NCBI RefSeq assembly: GCF_039654945.1
Contig: NW_027361869.1
Location: 930,001-994,000, forward strand
DNA: 64,000 bases
Source: Dendrobates tinctorius
Lineage: Eukaryota
Direction of reading: 5' to 3'
In this document: positions 52,065 through 64,000 of the stretch, one piece after another
Layout of the letters: each line of letters starts with the position of its first letter
Position numbering within the stretch: the stretch's first letter is position 1
Made by a program: the position numbers and the translations under genes
Notes under the pieces: model-generated
What the model was told of the DNA's origin: nothing
Database searches by the model: none
What the model saw: the letters and a program-made list of their open reading frames with translations, nothing else

Positions 52065-52848
52065 CACTGGTGGACACAGAAAGAAGAGGGCCCCTGTGCA
52101 GGAACAGTATATAGGCCCTTTGCAGTCCAATAGCTCAATTCCAGCTGCTTTGTAGGTGGAATAGGCCCGCTTACCTTCTGGGCCCCTGTGCGGCTGCACA
52201 GGTTGCACCAATGATATATCCGCCCCTAGAGCAATTGCTTTCTAAGGCTATGTGCACACGTAGATTTTGGTCCTGCGGATTTTTCCGCGAGGATTTGTAA
52301 AAATCCACAGGTAAAATCTCAGGTCAAAAGACCTGCGGTTTACCTGTGGATTAGCCTGCGGTTTAGTCCTGCGGTTTCACACCTCTACAATGGAGAAGGT
52401 CTGAAACCTCAGCGGAATCCGCACAAAGAATTGACATGCTGCGGATTGTAACCCGCAGCAATTCTGTGCTGAAAAATCCGCAGCATGTGCACAGCGTTTT
52501 TTGGTTTTACCATTGCAAACAATGGTACTGTACAACGCAGCTAAATCTGCTGCTGACCTGCAGAGCCTGAAGCGCTGCGGATCCACAGCAGAATCCGCAC
52601 ATAGCCTAAGGAACTGATAGTTGCAAATCCATGGAAGCTCTAGTTGCAACACAACACTTCTCCAACCCCTTGTCATAGCAGAAAAGTGCAATTGTCTATG
52701 TGCTCGATCTTTGGAGCATTGGTGGACACAGACCGAAAAAGGGCCCATGTGCAAGAACAATATATGGGCCCTTTGCAGCCCAGTAGCTCATTATAATACA
52801 CAACTCCATTGCGACTGCACAGGTTGCACCAATAATATGTCTGCCCTG
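52065..52848. mobile_element. Cluster of two short hAT-type MITEs (52065-52228, ~52717-52848) around a Harbinger-type MITE (~52246-52606)
   Basis: GGTGGACACAGA..GGGCCC ... GCACAGGTTGCACCAAT..CGCCCCT repeated; GGCTATGTGCACACG / CACATAGCC TIR. Confidence 0.7.
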
Positions 52849-55001
52849 AATTTGGAGAGTTTACGCTCCGTTTTTTTTGCTCTAACAGCTCCTCAATCAA
52901 CTCTGTAGCCATTGACTGCAAGACTAAAGTTTATCCAAAAATTGCACAAAAATGAATTTACTTCCCCCAGTTTTTTCATACAATTGCTCTTTTACACGTC
53001 TCAATCCGAGAAAAGGTACTAAACACTGTGCCAATGTAATCACATAATACATCATACAAATCCATATGACTATGTAATCACATACTGTACTTTTCTATCC
53101 TCGTCAGTCCCATAGACTTTGGATGTAGCTGTAGCTCCAGTACTTGATATCTGCTTCATTTAAAGGGTTTGTCCCATCTTCATTCTTCAAGAGGGGTCAA
53201 TCTATAGCTTCTTGCTTGGAGTGCCCTCCTGATGATTGACAGTTCAACCAGCCACGTGGTTGAGCCCGAACTGTGAGCTCTCCAGTGCTGCTAAGTTAGA
53301 CAGGAGTGCAGGGGCACTGGACGGATCCAGCAATCCAGCCCGCTTCAGATCAGCGCCTGCAAGCTCCATAGCAAAGAGATTGTAAACTCTGTGCTCCTTG
53401 CCCAGAGCACCAGCCACCACTGATAGACTGCAGAGGTGGCCGGTAATCTAGGCAATGAGCAGTAAACTGTAGAAGTAAAATCCCCTGCAAAGTCCAGGAA
53501 TAAAATTAGTGAGTTAATAGATTTTTGTTTGCGTTGTGGAAGCTATGACTTTATGCAGGGAAAATCTAGCGCATGTATAGCAATACAGGATCGGACTAAG
53601 GGTCTTTGGGTCCTCCAGAAGAAATACAGGACCCATCCTCTATTTATACAGAATATTTGCATGGACAACCTTTGCTGTTTTCATTACATGGGACACATCA
53701 TCAGTAAGGTCTCATAGGTTACTTGTGAATGACCCATAATAAATACACCCTAGTCACCCCCAAATCGGGATCCCTTCCGTTTGACCTTCAGGACCTGTTG
53801 TATTCAGAGCCCCCTATGAGCCTAGACTGTTCCCACCAAAGAACATATCTGCCCTATAAATCTCGGGCTACATGGAAATGTGTTTCACAGGACAGCAAGT
53901 CTAGGACAAGTTGAGCGACCAAAAACATTTGCGCAATTTTGCTGTCGCGCAAGTATTTTGGAGCCATGAATTTGCTGCGGTTGGGGCAACACGACAACAC
54001 TGGCTGCAAAACACAAGTCATGCAGACAAAGTGACTCAATGCCACCGTCACATTGCAGCATCAAGGGGTCTCAATGCCACAAATTGTGCCATGGCCAAAA
54101 TCGCCAAACGTGAAGAAAAATAAATCGCATGCGACTTGCATTGGGGTTTGACAAGCGAGTCACGTGTGACTTGCGACCAATGAAAGTAAAACACATTTGG
54201 AAACACGTGCAGTCGGTCGCAGGTCACAATGCGACACCACAGGGAATTATTAGATGCGATGTCGCAAAGCGGCACCATGATCCCAGTATCGCCATGTAAT
54301 CATCTCATATCTGTACTTACAGTCTCTGTGCTCTTCTCGGACCACAGAGCTGGCATTCTTCACGGAAGCAGAAGAAAGTCACTAAATTGTCAGAAAGAAA
54401 GCAAAATGGGTTACTTGGGACACATAGACCTGGACTTTTACCCTCTTGCTGCTTTCTATGAGAAATACACCCTAGCATGAAAAATAAAACCCAAATGTCC
54501 CATTGGGTCATATATTTCTAGCAACCATCAGAAATGGAGCTGAAATTGGAGCATGCGCTCCACCATGTTTATAGGCACCTGAAATATTACATTAAGTGAT
54601 GGGAGGTTTGGTCATGTACATAAAGAAATCCTCTTTTTGCTGGATGTTGCCAGTAGAGGGAGTATTTCTTTATACAGAAAAGCATAGACCTATATAATGC
54701 GATGGTTTTCATACCTGATCAGGTTCACAATGATGGCACATTCACATGTACTGATTTTCCGCTGATAAATCCGCAAGTGTTACGTGTGGATTTGGCTGTG
54801 GATGGATGAGATTTGGTAACCAGTGTTGCTGCTATTGTATTTTTCTGTATCAAATTTGGATGGATAATGTCCAGAGAATCCGCCATGTCTAAGCTTTCTG
54901 AACCCTCGGTAGCACTTCACACAAGAAAATATTTGCCGAGGATTTTGTTGCAATATACGCTTTGAATTTTCAAATGTCGCATGTGTGAAAAAAACCCTTA
55001 A

Positions 55002-55322
55002 AGGGTTATTTCCAAAAACTCAAGTCATCCCCCCATTCTTTCTCCAGCGATCCTGAGAACTGGGCTTTGGGATCCCGAGAAAGGAACTCTGCAACCCTGT
55101 GCTACGTGTGAATTCATTCATTGTCTATGGTACTGCTGTGTTCAGCATTTGGCTCTTTCCTTCAGTCCCGTAGACAATGAATGGGACAAAGGCCGAGCAT
55201 GCACACCTCCTCTTTACTCAGGACTAGTCTCTTTTTTTTCAGGATCACTGACTCACAGCAATCAGCAAGTTATCCCCTAAACTTATGAACAGAAAATAAG
55301 TTGATTATTTGGGAATAGGCCT
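55002..55322. mobile_element. T2-type MITE
   Basis: TTAAAGGGTTATTT ... AATAGGCCTTTA inverted ends. Confidence 0.55.
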
Positions 55323-55760
55323 TTAGAAATATCAGCAGATAGAAACAGAAGGTGGACGGCACTCCCGGGACTTTTGTACCAGTCCGCAGAGGTGATAATT
55401 ATTTTTATGGTTTGCCATTATATAACGGCCAAGGAACAATTTATTTTTGAGATTTTGAAAATGCAAATACTGATGCAAAATAATCACGTAATGAAAAGTC
55501 TACTGCTTACTTCTAGGTACTGTATTCACTGTGATTGATTTATAACGTGACATGTTTATATACAGCATGTGTGTGTTATTTGCACATATTTACAGTGCGC
55601 CTGTGATAAGTGTATTTGTATATATTGTTTAGTTGCGTGAGATCAGTTTACACAACGCTCTTTTTTTTTTTTACTTTTTACAAACAGTTTTTGGGGTTTT
55701 GTATTAGATCATGCAGAGATAGATTAGGGATTAGTCACACTGACTATGTACATCAGAGAG

Positions 55761-56740
55761 ACACTGTAAGGACAAAAGTATGTGCCCCCTCCACATTACA
55801 CCTCCAGGAGCTTTTCTGACCTTCCATCCTACATCCATAGACATTAAAATGGAGTCGGCCCCTCTGCAGATATAACGGCTCCCTCTATTCTGGGAAGGAT
55901 TTTGGAGGCGTCTGTGGGAATTTTTGCCCCTTCATCGAGAAGAGCATTTATGAAGTCAGATACTGATGATGGGGAGAGGCCGAGCTCATTATCTCTGATA
56001 TACTCCATCCCAAAGGTGTTGAATGGGGTTGAGGTCCATACTTTGTGTCATGTTCTTCCACCAAACTCGTCCAACCATGTTTTTATTGGCCTTGTGCACT
56101 GGACACAGTCTTGGGGAAGAGAAATGGGTCTTCACCAGTGTTCCCCCAAAGCTGTAAACTACAATGTCTTGTCGTCAATCATTAAGATTTCCCATCAAAG
56201 AAACTAAGGAGCCAAGGCCAACCCCTGATAACATCCCATAGTATTATCCTCCTCTGCCATCTGTACAGAGGGCACAAAGCTGTCACGGGGTAACATCCTC
56301 CTGGAATCGCCAAACCCTGACTATTCCATCAGACATCAGATAGAGAAGTGTGATCTGTCACTGCGCAGAGCACATCTCCTCCAGAGTCCAGTGGTAGTGG
56401 CTTTACACCACTCCATCCGACGCTCGGCATTGTGCTTGGTGATGTACGGCTGCATGCAGCTGATGGGCCATGAAGCTCCTGATGGGGCGCAGTGTTTGTG
56501 CTGATGGTAATACTAGAGGAGGTCTGGACTCTGCAGTTATGGGGTCAGCAGAGTGATGGTGACTTTTCTGTCCTCTGCTCCTCAGCTTTCGGCCCCCCGC
56601 TCTGTGACATTACAGGGTCTCCGCTTCGTAGCGGAGTTGCTGCGGTTCCTTCCGCTTCTCAATAATGTCACTCACAGTCGATGGGGAAGATTTAGGAGGG
56701 AAGAAATGTCATGAGGGACTTGTTACCCCGGTGGTGGAAT
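55761..56740 (-). mobile_element. Old decayed Tc1-like element
   Basis: Starts with TIR-like CACTGTAAGGACAAAAGTATG; eroded minus-strand transposase; truncated near the CR1 insertion. Confidence 0.65.
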
Positions 56741-56847
56741 TCAATGATTAAGACGTATGTCTCAATACTCTTCCCCATATAATGTCTACATCTGGAAGAT
56801 TTCCTATGTGTATGCACACAGTGGCAGGAATCACCCATAAACATATA

Positions 56848-58881
56848 TTAAATGTCCAGGAAGGATGGGAAATCTTGAAAAATGAAATTCTCAAAGCACA
56901 ATTGTTAACAATTCCGAAAAGAGGGAAGAATAGGAAGCATTTAAGGAAACCAGGATGGATGAACACAGAACTTAAGCACATGCTAAAAAGGAAGAAAGAA
57001 ATGTTTATAAAATGGAAAGGGGGAGGCATATCTAAAGAAGAATATAATGCTGTCTGCAGAACCTGCAGGGCACAAATCAGATTAACTAAAGCTGACAATG
57101 AATTGAGGCTTGCAAGAGACGTCAAAAACAATAATAAAGGATTTTGGGGATATGGCAAAAGTAAAAGAAAAGTCAAAGATGCTATAGGATTTTTACAGGA
57201 TGAAAATGTTGAAATGGTAAGACAGGATGTTGAGAAGGCCGAACTATTAAATTCATATTTTGCATCTGTTTTCTCTCAGAAAGGAAATGTAACATCAACT
57301 GTTCTTCACTGTCCTATTAAGGGAATAGAAGAATCCAGGATATCTATAAACAGAAAGATAGTGAGGAAACACTTAGCTAACCTAAATGAATTCAAGTCTC
57401 CAGGTCCAGATGAAATACACCCCAGAGTACTGAAAGAGATAGCAGAAGAAATTTTTGAACCCTTCTCCATAATCTTTGAAAATTCTTGGAGAACAGGAGA
57501 AGTCCCAGAAGACTGGAGAAGAGCAAAAGTTGTTCCTATCTTCAAAAAGGGGAAGAAGGTGGACCTAGGCAACTATAAGCCGGGGAGTCTGACTTCTATA
57601 CCAGGAAAGATCTTTGAACAAATTATTAAACAATATGTATGTCAGTACCTGGATAAGAATGAAGTGATAAAACAGAGTCAGCATGGGTTTGTAACTAATA
57701 AGTCATGTCAGACTAACTTAATTTCCTTCTATGACAGAATCACTGATTGGGTGGATCAGGGAAATGGTGTATCTCACACAATCCTTATTGAAAAAATGGC
57801 TGGGTATGGAATGGACAAGGCAACTGTTAAGTGGATCCATAACTGGCTTAGTAATCGGACCCAAAGAGTGGTCGTAAATGGCTGCACATCCAGTTGGAAG
57901 AATGTTTCAAGTGGGGTACCACAGGGCTCTGTCCTGGGCCCTGTATTGTTCAACATCTTTATCAACGATTTAGATGAAGGAATTGAGGGTAAACTGATTA
58001 AATTTGTTGATGACACAAAGCTAGAAGGGATAGCTAATACTAGAGAAGAGAGAGAGAGAGGATTCAAAAATATATAAATAAACTGGAGAAGTGGGCAGCA
58101 ACTAACAGAATGGTTTTTAACAGGGAAAAATGCAAAGTACTACATCTGGGCAATAAAAATGAAAAAAGCATATACAGAATGGGAGGAATAGGCCTAAGCA
58201 ACAGCACATGTGAAAAAGACTTGTGTATACTAATAGATCACAGACTGAATATGAGTCAACAGTGTGATGCAGCAGCAAAAAAGGCAAATGCAATTCTAGG
58301 ATGTATTAACAGAAGCATGCAGTCTAGATCACGTGAAGTCATTATTACCCTCTACTCCTCTTTGGTCAGACCTCATCTGGAATACTGTGTCCAGTTTTGG
58401 GCACCACATTTTAAAAAAGACATCAACAATCTGGAGCAAGTTCAGAAAAGAGCGACCAGAATGGTGACCGGTCTGCAAACCCTGTCTTATGAGGAAAGGT
58501 TGCAGGATTTGGGAATGTTTAGTTTGCAAAAGAGAAGACTGAGAGGAGACTTAATAGCTGTCTACAAATATCTCAAGAGCTGTCACATTGTAGAAGGATC
58601 AACTTTATTCTCATTTGCACAAGGAAAGACTAGAAGCAATGGGATGAAACTGAATGGGAGGAGACACAGATTAGATATCAGAAAAAACTTTTTGACAGTT
58701 AGAGTGATCAATGAGTGGAACAGGCTGCCACGAGAGATGGTGAGTTCTCCTTCAATGGAAGTCTTCAAACAGAGGCTGGACAGACATCTGACTGGGATGA
58801 TTTAGCGAATCCTGCTTTGAGCAGGGGGTTGGACCAGATGGCCCAGGAGGTCCCTTCCAACTCTACGAGTCTATGATTCTA
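56848..58881 (+). mobile_element. 5'-truncated CR1 LINE (ORF2 reverse transcriptase pseudogene)
   Basis: ORFs 56782..58077 and 58110..58805 ([43 protein letters not shown]); frameshift at the (GA)n near 58050; ATGATTCTA tail. Confidence 0.97.
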
Positions 58882-59599
58882 CATGCTGTACATTAGGATG
58901 AACGACTGTGTACAGAATGAATTGTTCTTATCTTCCGTCAGGTGAATGGGACACTATGGATAATTTTGATGTATACCCTGGGAGATTTTCCCATATATTT
59001 GCCAAATGGACACTGCAATCACAATGTGAATACACCCTTAGATAGTTGGTAAAAATATATATTTTTGATAATATAGATAGTTTATAGATTAGATATTATA
59101 CTCATTAACACGACTCCTGTCCTTGCGCTCAATCAGGTCCAATGGACATTCTAGATGCGAGACCCCAAATAGCGATCCCCCTCTACAAGCCAGAACAGGG
59201 GGATTCTCTCTACTAATGGGGGGACTGAAACCCTCTTTGCTTTACCTTAATGGCTGCACATATCAGTGTTTGCCATCTATTACCACAGTTGTAGCCATTA
59301 ATTTTGAGACTGACACAAAGTTTGCTGCTTCATTGTTTTTGTTTCTATGAAGTACAATTATCAGCAGTTCATAAGTTTTTACAAACTTTTATTGACAAAT
59401 ACATGAAGTTTATGCAAAGACTCAATATTTTCAGTGTTGAGGCTTCTTATTTAAAAATTCTACCCTTCGCCCTGGCCGCTAAATATCAGCTTCTGGGACC
59501 AATCCTGACTTATAACGCCTATTCTTACCCAATTAGTGCTTGGAGTTTAGTACAATTTCTGTGTTATTCTTTTCTTTTTCTTGTCTACCCTCTTTTTGA

Positions 59600-59740
59600 G
59601 GACTAACCACAGGTTCTCCATCTGAGAATTTTTCTGGGCCATAGAAACATCCGACTAAAAGATCGAAGAACATCAAAGCAGCAAACTTTGGTGAAAACCA
59701 AAATTTGGGTCATTTTCAAAACTTTTGGTCACGACTGTAC
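59600..59740 (+). mobile_element. Tc1 terminal fragment
   Basis: Ends in TIR-like CAAAACTTTTGGTCACGACTG followed by TA. Confidence 0.55.
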
Positions 59741-59995
59741 AATACCTGGAAGGGCTACGGATTCTCCCACCAAAATCAGCCGATTTCCCCCCAGGTGATG
59801 CCTTCTTTTGTCTGATTTTCTGATCTTAGAATACGACTTTTTAGTTTACACTAAAATCGAAAAAACTTTTTTTTTTCTATTTTCTACAGTGAGATGCGAT
59901 GACTTGAAGTTCCAGGCCCAAAATTTGACGACAAATTGTGATGAAACCCCAGGCCTTCAGCTTTTGATATCTTTCAAGTGCACTTGTCTTCTCAG

Positions 59996-60165
59996 TAGTG
60001 GCGGACATACCATTGGTGCAATCTGTGCAGCTGCACAGGGCCCCAAGATTTACGGGGGTCCAAAACCACTGCCAAAGCTGCATAAAGGAGTGCCTTATGA
60101 TGGACTGCAAAGGGCCCATATACAGTTCTTGCTCAGGGGCCGTCTTCCGCCTGTGTCCGCCCCTG
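59996..60165. mobile_element. hAT-type MITE
   Basis: TSD CTTCTCA(G/A); TIR TAGTGGCGGACA / TGTCCGCCCCTG. Confidence 0.75.
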
Positions 60166-61049
60166 CTTCTCAAATAGGTGGTCTGTTGGACAGAACATGT
60201 TATCTAGACCACAATTTTTGTGACATGTTTTTCATATATTATCTCAGCAAAAAAAGGACATCAATATTTACCTGCCCAGGTCTCAGAACTAATGCACTCA
60301 TAACCTACAAATTCATGGAGGGGGTGATTGCTTAGTATTAAAATGGCACAAAAAAGGCGCCACACAGGTAGGTTGGCACATCAGTATTTTGCGCCTATGT
60401 TACCGTCACCTTTATTATATGGATTTGCTGCATCCTAGTTTCTGCGACCAGGGCAGGTAAATACTGTTGCCCTTTTTTGCTGTGTTAATTCTTGAATTTT
60501 GGGGGGAATTCTATTTCCTCTTTTTGTGACTTTGCTTTTAATACTTTTCATACATACCCCCCAAAAGAAGACCATTTTTTTCACTGCAATGTTGGGTGAT
60601 TGGGGGTCAGCCACTCAAAATAACGGTATTGTATAGGGGTGGTCTTCTCAAATAAGAGGGTGACAGTGAATCTATAACAGTGAGGTTGGTCTTCTCAACG
60701 AGACGATATTTAGGGGGGGTTTTACTGTATCTCGGTGCGCAGACTTTGTGTCATCCCTGCGTTATTGTCTACCCATGTCCTCTATGGACAGGATACATAC
60801 AATCCTTCCACCGAGAGCACAATGACCAATCGGAACAATTGTATCCCTCCAGATCGATCTTCTGGGATCGAATTTAGGCAGTGAGGGGGTCTCGATAATC
60901 TTACAGGACCCCCTTTAAAGTTGAAGAGCATTGGTGATGGTGGGTGCGGTGGGAGCCCCCATATACCGGTTGCGTGTGACATGTAGGGTCTTATGTGTGC
61001 AGGGGTGGAGTTGTGTATGTGTGGTATTTGTGTAGGGGTGAGAATCTGG

Positions 61050-61976
61050 CTCTCAGAGATCCCTTATATTATTGAGAGCCACTCCTTTCCCCTGTGTACT
61101 GGGAGAGAAGGGGAGAGAGGGCTCTGCAGCAGGCGCCTGTCCCCCTCCTATGGGCAGAGACTAGGAGGGAGAGAGAGCTGGGAAGGGAGGGGGTGTTGAA
61201 TGGCGATGCCCCCTCCTCTCTCCTGCAGCCCCTGTCTGGCTGGCCTGCACATGCGTAATAAGGCACAGCCCTGGAGTAGAACTCATGTTGGAGGGTCATT
61301 CTCAGACAGTTCTGCAGGGCTGCAATAAATCACCCTGCACATTCCCACCCCTCCCTCCCTCTGTCTGTCTCCCTCCCTCTCTCCCTCTCACTCTCTCTCT
61401 CCTTCCTTCCTTCCTCCCATCAGCTTGCCACCTCTCACTTTGCAGCCTCTTCTCCCTTGCTTTCCTTAACCCAGGACCCCCCTCCTTCTTCCCCTTTTGC
61501 CCCCCAAATTCTCACCCTTTTAAAAAAATAATTTTTGGGGGGAATTAATATGCTCCCCCATATCCTAGTCATTCCTTTATCCTGAAGATTAGGGGGATTC
61601 GGTGCCAGATAATAGAAGAAAAAAAAGAAAAAAGACGCTTTCTCTTTATTTCCAACCACCCCAACTGGCAACCCCCAACTCCGCTAATATGACTCCTGGA
61701 TCCCTCTACAGATCATCGATGCACCTCTATTGGATCTAGAAAGAGAAGACTCAAGAAAGCCTCCTCCAGACAGGGGATCCAGACTGTGGGGTTTTTTTCA
61801 CATTGGGAGGAAAATATATAGAATTTTTTTTTTTTCATAAAATCAAATATATCAGGACAAGGAGATAGGGATTTTTTAATATATATTTTTCTTTCTTTTT
61901 TTTTTTTTTATCTTTATTCTTGGCACCAAAGAAGACGGGGACCCTCTTATCCTACAGACATTGCAACCTGCAAAAG
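61050..61976 (+). promoter_or_regulatory. Probable promoter and non-coding first exon of the next plus-strand gene (GLIS2 expected by synteny)
   Basis: Repeat-free GC-rich block, long CT-rich tract 61350-61500, donor-like AAAAG|GTGAGA at 61977; gene identity rests on mammalian synteny only, no coding sequence seen. Confidence 0.4.
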
Positions 61977-63049
61977 GTGAGAATGGGAGCGCTGGGGGCA
62001 CTTAGGGGGGGATGGGGTAGACCGATCGGATTATAGAAGACCATCATACGGTTTACGATGCAGATTGATAGAATTATTGGATACATTTTGGGGTCTTTAT
62101 GTTTGAGACTATTCTGAAAAGTGTCAATATATTAACAATTGGTATAATATGATGGGTCAATATTTAGGGGGCACCTGTGACATTAAAATACTAAGGGGGT
62201 AGGTAGTCTGTCCCATCATTATACTAGGGGATGGGGGGGGCAAGTCCATGGGATTTAATATATGTACCCCCCCCCCCACACACACACACTAGTGGAAGTG
62301 TGATGGTGTTACTGCCAGGTTGCTGCCATGTCATATGTCACAAAACGGAAGCTGTCAGTCACAACGCATTACCAAAATAGCCCAAACCCAGTAGATGCCC
62401 CCCCAGCAATATATCCAATAGCTCAATGCATATTTCTCCATATTGCAAACGACCAATCGAATCTTGGACGACGCGGCGCAAAGATTATCGCACAAAACCA
62501 CAGATATTCTATACGTTTCCGTTGGTGGAAGAGAATTTACAATTTTGGGAAATCCAACATTTTCAAACGTTCGAAGAATTCTTCTTTCGGAACTCTCGTC
62601 TTTGGACATTAATGAACGGCTTTAGCCATTATTGACATATCCCCCCGTCCTTGTCTGTAGGTTGGATGAGGTGACATATTGTTAAAGGAGGCAACGGATG
62701 AGAATTTCGGGGCCAAGCGCTATCTGCGATGTGGGGGTATAAATTAATGCACATGTGTGAGACAGAATTATGGAAATCAGTGGTCTTTGTATTAGGAGCA
62801 TGGATTCTAGCAGAGAATATGCACTGTTGGGTTTCCAGAAGCAAGAAACATAGAAATCCTGACACCAATGACACAAAACTACTTATAATATGGGGATCAG
62901 CATCTCCAGAATCTAATTAACCCTTTGTCACCTGCCTGCGTGAAGATCGTCACCATTATAAATAATGGGGAGGAGGGAATAGAGAGTGTTATGTCAGGAG
63001 GGGAATCTACCCTGATATGGGACTGTATTATGGAGAGGGAAGATTGCTG

Positions 63050-64000
63050 ATGGCTGTGTATTAGGAGGAGGACAGGGCCGTATCCTGATATCTGAGTATT
63101 AGGAGGAGGACGGGGCCGTGTCCTGATGGCTGTGTATTAGGAGGAGGACGGGGCCGTATCCTGATGGCTGTGTATTAGGAGGAGGACGGGGCCGTGTCCT
63201 GATGTCTGTGTATTAGGAGGAGGACGGGGCTGTGTCCTGATGGCTGTGTATTAGGAGGAAGACATGGCTGTGACCTGATGTCTTGTATTAAGAGGAGGAC
63301 AGGTCTGTGTCTTGATGGCTGTGTATTAGGAGGAGGACGGGGCCCTGTCCTGATGGCTGTGTATTAGGAGGACGGGGCTGTGTCCTGAAGGCTGTGTATT
63401 AGGAGGAGGACGGGGCTGTGTCCTGATGCCTGTGTATTGGGAGGAGGACAGGGCCATGTCCTAATGACTGCGTATTAGGAGGAGGACAGGGCTGTGTGTT
63501 CGGAAGAGGACAGGGCTGTATCCTCATGGCTGTGTATTAGGAGGAGGACGGGGCCGTGTCCTGATGGCTGTGTATTAGGAGGAGGACGGGGCCATGTCCT
63601 GATGGCTGTGTATTAGGAGGAGGACGGGGCCGTGTCCTGATGGCTGCGCATTAGGAGGAGGACGGGGCCGTGTCCTGATGGCTGCGCTTTAGGAGGAGGA
63701 CGGGGCCGTGTCCTGATGGCTGTGTATTAGGAGGAGGACGGGGCCGTGTCCTGATGGCTGTGTATTAGGAAGAGGACAGGGCTGTATCCTGATGGCTGTG
63801 TTTTAGGAGGAGGACGGGGACGTGTCCTGATGGCTGTGTATTAGGAGGAGGACGGTGCCATGTCCTGATGGCTGTGTATTAGGAGGATGGGGCTGTGTCC
63901 TGATGGCTGTGTATTAGGAGGAGGACGGGTCTGTGTCCTGATGCCTGTGTATTAGGAGGACGGGGCCGTGTCCTAATGGCTGTGTATTAGGAGGAGGACG
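63050..64000. repeat. 38-bp G-rich minisatellite, ~25 copies, runs off the window end
   Basis: Unit GGCTGTGTATTAGGAGGAGGACGGGGCCGTGTCCTGAT. Confidence 0.96.

Noticed and set aside
56782-58805. Functional reverse transcriptase gene
   Set aside because: 5'-truncated CR1 with RT motif A deleted and a frameshift
59808-60335. 175-aa ORF
   Set aside because: Spans an hAT MITE and low-complexity flanks; no recognisable domain

Overview
Vertebrate genomic DNA, most likely a neobatrachian frog judging from the repeat families (inference). The window holds the complete 7-exon TFAP4 (AP-4 bHLH-ZIP) gene on the minus strand (CDS 39041 to 21445, 330 aa, all GT-AG junctions resolved and in phase). It also holds the signal-peptide first coding exon and TATA promoter of a gene matching sarcalumenin (SRL, minus strand, 8793-8733). 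A plus-strand promoter and non-coding exon near 61-62 kb is probably GLIS2 by SRL-TFAP4-GLIS2 synteny. Much of the rest is transposon-derived: several Tc1 elements (one rearranged into a foldback), solo LTRs with 5-bp TSDs, two young CR1 LINE fragments, a V-SINE, a piggyBac-like non-autonomous element, many Harbinger-, hAT- and TTAA-type MITEs, and two minisatellites. No prokaryotic-type system is present. The most unusual observations are a palindromic element with a degenerate minimal hammerhead-ribozyme-like core carrying an apparent A3-U8 compensatory pair, a three-level nested foldback Tc1, a higher-order repeat in a 55-bp minisatellite, and clustered AP-4/MYC E-boxes plus an intronic promoter-like module in TFAP4.
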